Shown here in pieces: positions 58,579 to 64,000 of a stretch of DNA of 64,000 nucleotides. The notes under the pieces are model-generated. The model was not told the origin of the DNA and ran no database searches. It saw only the letters and a program-made list of their open reading frames with translations. The position numbers and the translations under genes are program-made. Position 1 is the first letter of the stretch. Every line of letters begins with the position of its first letter. Location: positions 1,137,068 to 1,201,067 of the forward strand of contig JAHQJS010000004.1 of the NCBI GenBank assembly GCA_019057385.1, given 5' to 3'. Source of the stretch: Candidatus Borrarchaeum weybense (GTDB lineage: Archaea > Asgardarchaeota > Sifarchaeia > Borrarchaeales > Borrarchaeaceae).

Positions 58579-61500
58579 TCAAGCGACTTCCCCTATTTTT
58601 TCGTGGTTCTTTTTGTGAACTTTTTCTTTGATAGTTTCAGTAAGTTCCTTAACCAAGTTGGCAAACTTTTCTCCTTCACTTGCTGAGATCGATTCAAATC
58701 GAAATCTTTTTTCATCAATTTCATTCTTTTTCATCCAGCGACGGAAGCGTTTAATAGCAGAGTTAGTTCCAGAGATATAGTGACAGTCCTGAGGGTGACA
58801 ACCTATAACTGCTACTGCCCCAGCTCCTAGTTTAAAGGCCTCAGAAACAAAATCGACATCAACTCGTCCACTACACATGACACGTATAATTCTTATATTA
58901 GATGGATACTGCATTCGTGAAATTCCTGCAAGATCTGCTCCTGCATAGGAACACCAATTACAACAAAAAGCAATAATTTTCTCCTCAGGTGACTCTTGCA
59001 AGGCAGTACGCACTTGTGTGAGGATTTGCTCGTCAGTGAAATGTCTCATGGTTATTGCATCATTTGGACAGTCAGCCGCACAAACTCCACACCCTTTACA
59101 CAATGCTTCCGTAACTACTGCTTTTGATTCATTCTCTTGCACCTCTTTAAGTATGATGGCGCCATAAGGGCAGTTCTTAATGCAGATTTGACACCCTGTG
59201 CACTTCTCTTCATCAATGAAGGCTGTTATTCCTTCACTTACCACGAATCCTTTCGCCATGGGAATTGACGCCCTCATATCAGCCCCTAGTGCCTGAGCGA
59301 TCGTATCAGTTACTCCTTTTGGCGCTTGCGCACAGCCACAAAGATAAATACCATCGGTTGCAAAATCGAGCGGCCTTAGTTTCATATGCGCTTCTTGGAA
59401 GTATTTGCCTGCGCCTATTGGGATTTTCAACTTCTTTGCAAGGTCTTCTACCCCTTCACTTCCCTTAGTTGCCATTGTTAGTACAACTAGATCTGGTCGG
59501 AGTTCTATTTCATCACCAAGGTATGTGTCATACGTCCTTACTACTATGTCACCATTTTCAGTATAGAGTTGCGGTTTTCTTTCTTTTTCATATCTAACGA
59601 AGTTGATATCATAATTTTCTAATATATTTCGGTAATATTTCTCATCTTTGCCGCCCAGAACGATGTCTTGGTATAAAATGTAGATTTTTGTTCCTGGATA
59701 GATATCCTTAATGTATTTTGCATTCTTAATGGCAGTTGCACAACCGATTCTACAACAACCAGTTATGCCATTTTCTTCCCCTCTAGCTCCCACGCAATTG
59801 ATCATTACGATATTGTTCACTTTCTTTAAATCGTTATTTTTGAGCATATTTTCGAGTTGAAGTTGAGTTATCACATTTTCGTATTTTCCATACCCATAAT
59901 ATCCATCTGCATCTAGTTCTTTATGTCCAGTCGCAATAACGATCGTAGATACATTGAAATTTTTGCGTTGTGTACTTTGAGAGATAGTAACGACGTAGTT
60001 TCCGATATATCCCTCAATATCTTCGATCTCGCTTCCTGTATAAGCTTCAATATTCTTATGACTGCAAAGTTTAGAACTCCACTGCTTGAGCATTTCTTCA
60101 GCGGGGATATCATATGGAAATAATTTATACAATTTTTTGAGCATGCCGCCAAGTTCTTTTTCTCTCTCGACTAAATATACTTTAAAGCCCATGTCAGCTG
60201 CATTTAACGCTACAATAATTCCAGATATGCCTCCTCCTACTACTAGGCATTCTTTTCCAACAGAGAGTTTACTTTCCTTCTGAGGTTCAAGAAGACGTGC
60301 TTTAGCCACTGCCATAGCTACTAGATCTTTGGCTTTCTTTGTGGCTGCCTCAGGTTCATCTGTATGAACCCATGAGCATTGTTCTCTAATATTTGCAAAT
60401 TCAAAAAGGTAGGGATTCAATCCAACTTCTCGGAGAGTGTCTCTGAATAGATATTCATGCGTACGAGGAGTACATGCCGCTGCTACTACTCTGTTGAGAT
60501 GATATTCATTAATAACTTCCTTTATTGTTTCTGCATAGTCTGCAGAACAGAGAAATTGCCCTTCTTCAGCATGGATGACATTTGGAAGAGTTTTAGCATA
60601 CTCGACAATTTCCGACACATCGACTACAGCCCCAATATTCTTTCCACAATGACAAACGAATACACCTATCCTTGGTTTCTCTGTTAAATCAATCTCAATC
60701 TCTGGGGGCAACTCAAGCTCTTTGGTTTCTGTGCCTCTTACATCTTTTAAGGGAATTACAGCTTTGGCAGCAGCAGCACTCGCCTGCGCCACTGCGTCTG
60801 AGATGTCCATCGGTCCCTGACATGCGCCACAAAGATATATACCCTTTTTATTGGTTTCAAAAGGCCTTGAAGGGTCTGCCGCCTTAATGAATCCATCTTC
60901 ATCAAGTTCGATCCCCAGCATTTCTGCAAGTTTGGTATTTCCATCGTTTGGTATAATAGGAGGACATAGAATCAATAGATCTACTCGCAGAGTTTCAATA
61001 GTGTCCGTATCGATATTTTCATATCTAATCAATATATCTCCAGTTTCATGATCCTCTGAAACTTCTCCAGGTATACTTCGAATATATTTTACCTTATACC
61101 TTTCCTCCGCCCTTTTACGATATTCTTCATATCCTTTGCCATAGGATCTTCGATCAATGTAAAAGATGTAGGTTTCTGCGTCTGTTTCATGTTCTTTAGT
61201 GAGGATGGCTTCTTTTGCAGAATACATACAGCAAATTTTTGAACAGTATATTTTTCCTTTTCTTACATTCCTAGATAGAACGCATTGTATCCAGGCTACT
61301 TTCTTAATAGGTTTTTCATCTGAAAGTCTCACTAGATGGCCGCCTGTCGGACCTGATGCGCTAAGCAATCTTTCATATTGTAGGGACAAAATTACATTTT
61401 TGTAAATACCATAACCGTATTTTTCGATAGGTTCTAGAAGTTTGTAGCCTGTTGCCACTATTATACTTCCGACCCTAATCTCAATTATCTCTTCTTTTTG

Positions 61501-62052
61501 CCAGAAATCTACTGCATTGGGTCCTTCCTTTTCGCAGGCGGCAATGCAATCACGGCATCCCCCACCAAATTTCTTGCATGCCTCCATATCAACCGTGAAA
61601 ATATTTGGAACAGCTTGATCAAAAGGGCGATGTATTGCCTTTCGTTGTGCAATACCCATATCAAACTCGCTAGGAACTTTTACTATGCAAACTATTTCAC
61701 ATTCACCACAAGAGTTACATAAGTCCTCTTTCACATAACGTGGTTTCTTTAGTATTTTTACAATAAAATTTCCAGCGATCCCTTTCACTTCTTTGACTTC
61801 AGAATATGTCAGAAGTTCAATATTTGGATGCCTTAAGGCATCAAGCATCTTTGGAGCTTCGATACAGATACTACAATCATTTGTAGGAAAGGTTTTATCT
61901 AGCTGTGCCATATGTCCGCCAATGCTTGGTGTCCTCTCGACTAAATAGACCTTAAAGCCTTGATCAGCTATATCTAATGAAGCTTGAATACCAGTAATTC
62001 CCCCACCAATTACTAGAACTGCTCCAGATAATTCCTCAAGATTCTGCGCCAG
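58579..62052 (-). CDS. hdrA: HdrA-like flavoprotein (duplicated FAD modules) fused to MvhD; predicted CTG start
   Basis: Frame extends 47 codons upstream of the track ATG and includes VIGGGITG; GVFVCHCG, ACTPRTHE; C-terminal FCCNWCSY..MCSGRV..GCH..DCHY. Confidence 0.92.
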   Translation of the reverse strand: MAQNLEELSGAVLVIGGGITGIQASLDIADQGFKVYLVERTPSIGGHMAQLDKTFPTNDCSICIEAPKMLDALRHPNIELLTYSEVKEVKGIAGNFIVKILKKPRYVKEDLCNSCGECEIVCIVKVPSEFDMGIAQRKAIHRPFDQAVPNIFTVDMEACKKFGGGCRDCIAACEKEGPNAVDFWQKEEIIEIRVGSIIVATGYKLLEPIEKYGYGIYKNVILSLQYERLLSASGPTGGHLVRLSDEKPIKKVAWIQCVLSRNVRKGKIYCSKICCMYSAKEAILTKEHETDAETYIFYIDRRSYGKGYEEYRKRAEERYKVKYIRSIPGEVSEDHETGDILIRYENIDTDTIETLRVDLLILCPPIIPNDGNTKLAEMLGIELDEDGFIKAADPSRPFETNKKGIYLCGACQGPMDISDAVAQASAAAAKAVIPLKDVRGTETKELELPPEIEIDLTEKPRIGVFVCHCGKNIGAVVDVSEIVEYAKTLPNVIHAEEGQFLCSADYAETIKEVINEYHLNRVVAAACTPRTHEYLFRDTLREVGLNPYLFEFANIREQCSWVHTDEPEAATKKAKDLVAMAVAKARLLEPQKESKLSVGKECLVVGGGISGIIVALNAADMGFKVYLVEREKELGGMLKKLYKLFPYDIPAEEMLKQWSSKLCSHKNIEAYTGSEIEDIEGYIGNYVVTISQSTQRKNFNVSTIVIATGHKELDADGYYGYGKYENVITQLQLENMLKNNDLKKVNNIVMINCVGARGEENGITGCCRIGCATAIKNAKYIKDIYPGTKIYILYQDIVLGGKDEKYYRNILENYDINFVRYEKERKPQLYTENGDIVVRTYDTYLGDEIELRPDLVVLTMATKGSEGVEDLAKKLKIPIGAGKYFQEAHMKLRPLDFATDGIYLCGCAQAPKGVTDTIAQALGADMRASIPMAKGFVVSEGITAFIDEEKCTGCQICIKNCPYGAIILKEVQENESKAVVTEALCKGCGVCAADCPNDAITMRHFTDEQILTQVRTALQESPEEKIIAFCCNWCSYAGADLAGISRMQYPSNIRIIRVMCSGRVDVDFVSEAFKLGAGAVAVIGCHPQDCHYISGTNSAIKRFRRWMKKNEIDEKRFRFESISASEGEKFANLVKELTETIKEKVHKKNHEKIGEVA

Positions 62053-62219
62053 ATTTTTAGCCTCCTACCTTATCTTACTGGCGTGCTTTCTATGATAATG
62101 TCTTTGCTACTTATACAGATTTTTAATTGAGATTGTAAAAATATATCTATTTATGCAAAGCGTCCTTGTGAATTTTGCAAACGTGTTTTGCACTCTTCGC
62201 TTTAAAATTTAAGATAGTG

Positions 62220-63431
62220 TCAGAGTATTGGAGTGAATGTTTCTAAGGTGCGCTTTATAGAGCGTAAAAATTGTGCTGCAAGTGCACCGTCAACAACTCT
62301 GTGATCGAACGACAAGCTTAATTTAGTCATAGGTTTGATCACTATGCCTTCATCGACTACAATGGGTTTCTTGGCAATTCGTCCAACTCCTAAGAGAGCA
62401 GTTTGTTGTGGAGTTAAAATAGGTGTGAATTCATCAACGTCAAACATACCTAAATTAGAGATAGTAAATGTACCTCCTCTCACTTCCGAGATGGAAAGTT
62501 TATTTTGTCGTGCCTTCTCGACAAGATCCTCTATAATTGTATTCAACTCTTTCAATGATTTCATATCAGCATTAGGAATTACTGGAACAATGAGGCCACC
62601 GTCTCCGCGCGCTATTGCCAGTCCGACGTTTATATTGGGATTTATTCGAATTTCGTTTTCTTCTATAGTAGAATTGAAAATCTTGTAGGCTTGTAACGCA
62701 TCAGTTACAGCCTTGATAAGAATTGCATTATAAGACAACCTTAAGCGAGTTTTTTCTTCGAATTCTTTACGTAGTTTTACCATATTTGATGCATCTGCTT
62801 CCATCATCACTGTAACATGAGGGGCAGTTCGATAACTCTGAGTCATTCGTTCAGCAATGATTTTTCGAACTCCAGTTAACTGTATCCTCTCTTCCTCAGG
62901 AACAGCTGGCATAATTGTTCCCTGGTCTATTACTCTTAAAATATCTTCTTTTACAATCCGTCCCCCTGGTCCTGTCCCTTCAATCTGCGTTATATCGAGT
63001 TCGTGTTCTTTTGCAAGTCTTTTTGCAATTGGTGAGATTTTAATCCGTTCTGGCTTGACTTTTACTTCTTCTTCCTTTTTAATAACCCCTTTTTCTTCTC
63101 TTTCAGCTACTATGGGAACTTCAATCTTTAATTTTTCTTCGGCCTCTTTAACAGCTTTCTCTAATGCATCTGAAGAGTCTTCAACTTCCGAGATTATCGC
63201 TATCGTTTTTCCAATGGGAACTTCTTCGGCTTCCTTGACGAATATCTTATGGATGATCCCTGTGATTGGTGACTCGACTATAAATGAAACCTTTTCACTC
63301 ATAACTTCGACTATTTCTTCGCCTTGAGTGACAGTATCTCCCTGTGCTTTCAGCCATTCTACAACCATACCATTTTCTTGTTCTTCGTCCAAGCGAGGCA
63401 TAAAAAGAATCTTCGTAGAGATCACCCTCAT
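62220..63431 (-). CDS. 2-oxoacid/acetoin dehydrogenase E2 dihydrolipoamide acyltransferase
   Basis: Lipoyl domain (SEKV), PSBD GTGPGGRI, FDHRVVDG. Confidence 0.95.
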   Translation of the reverse strand: MRVISTKILFMPRLDEEQENGMVVEWLKAQGDTVTQGEEIVEVMSEKVSFIVESPITGIIHKIFVKEAEEVPIGKTIAIISEVEDSSDALEKAVKEAEEKLKIEVPIVAEREEKGVIKKEEEVKVKPERIKISPIAKRLAKEHELDITQIEGTGPGGRIVKEDILRVIDQGTIMPAVPEEERIQLTGVRKIIAERMTQSYRTAPHVTVMMEADASNMVKLRKEFEEKTRLRLSYNAILIKAVTDALQAYKIFNSTIEENEIRINPNINVGLAIARGDGGLIVPVIPNADMKSLKELNTIIEDLVEKARQNKLSISEVRGGTFTISNLGMFDVDEFTPILTPQQTALLGVGRIAKKPIVVDEGIVIKPMTKLSLSFDHRVVDGALAAQFLRSIKRTLETFTPIL

Positions 63432-63447
63432 TAGTTTATTTTTAAAT

Positions 63448-64000
63448 TTAAAATAATTTTTTGGCAGCTGCGACTATTTTGTCTTTATTTGGAAGCATGA
63501 GTTTAATCAGAGGAGGAGCTACAGGTTCAGGGATTTGAAGAGTAGCGACACGCATTATGGGACCGTCTAGATAATCGAATGCATCTTCTGCGACGATTGC
63601 AGCAATTTCAGCAGCAACTCCGCATGCTAAATGATTATTATCCACAACTACCAACTTATTTGTCTTCTTAACGGAGTTTATAATGGTTTCTTTATCAAGT
63701 GGAACTAATGTACGCGGATCTATGACTTCAACGTTGATTCCTTCCTTATCTTCTAGTTGTTCGGCTGCTTCAAGTGCCTCACGCACTAAGTTACAGATTG
63801 CCACAATAGTCAGATCAGTTCCTTCCCTCTTGACATCAGCTTCACCAAAGGGGATCAGATACTCTTCTTCTGGCACTGGACCTTTAATTAAATAGAGTTT
63901 TGCTGTCTCAAAAAACATAACGGATGCCTTGTCTCTTATAGCCGTTTTTAATAATCCCTTAGCATCGTACGGAGTTGATGGTACAACAACTTTTAGTCCT
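63448..64000 (-). CDS. 2-oxoacid/acetoin dehydrogenase E1 beta subunit, 5'-truncated by window edge
   Basis: GLKVVVPSTPYDAKGLL, EVIDPRTLVPLD. Confidence 0.93.
   Translation of the reverse strand, partial: GLKVVVPSTPYDAKGLLKTAIRDKASVMFFETAKLYLIKGPVPEEEYLIPFGEADVKREGTDLTIVAICNLVREALEAAEQLEDKEGINVEVIDPRTLVPLDKETIINSVKKTNKLVVVDNNHLACGVAAEIAAIVAEDAFDYLDGPIMRVATLQIPEPVAPPLIKLMLPNKDKIVAAAKKLF

Noticed and set aside
58579-59000. Selenocysteine in MvhD/HdrA
   Set aside because: All relevant positions are Cys codons; no in-frame TGA.
473-63895. Numerous short antisense ORFs in the track overlapping long genes
   Set aside because: Opposite-strand shadows of well-supported CDSs with no independent motifs.

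Overview
Archaeal chromosomal window, most consistent with an Asgard archaeon. This is inferred from a Rab-like small GTPase, an alpha-SNAP-like TPR protein and an LRR protein sitting among archaeal enzymes (GGR, PAC2, IOR, HdrA-MvhD, LipS1/LipS2-LplAB). The housekeeping content covers lipoate assembly, 2-oxoacid oxidation, acyl-CoA metabolism, proteolysis and transport. Over it lies a dense IS200/IS605/IS607 (OMEGA) layer without any transposase gene. There are four tnpB elements, two of whose empty sites can be reconstructed exactly at host gene 3' ends. There are also two protein-less mini-elements that retain a TnpB omega-RNA behind a TATA box, one protein-less IscB-type (HEARO) omega-RNA element, and several single-hairpin end relics. 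Best leads: (1) a catalytically dead XPF paralog with ERCC1-like hallmarks, (2) guide-RNA-only OMEGA cassettes of both TnpB and IscB type, (3) an unknown two-gene operon with HbYX-like C-termini, (4) a SNAP-like/Rab cluster and a tail-anchored HhH protein. No rRNA, tRNA or CRISPR array was seen. All calls come from reading the sequence and recalling motifs; no database search was run.
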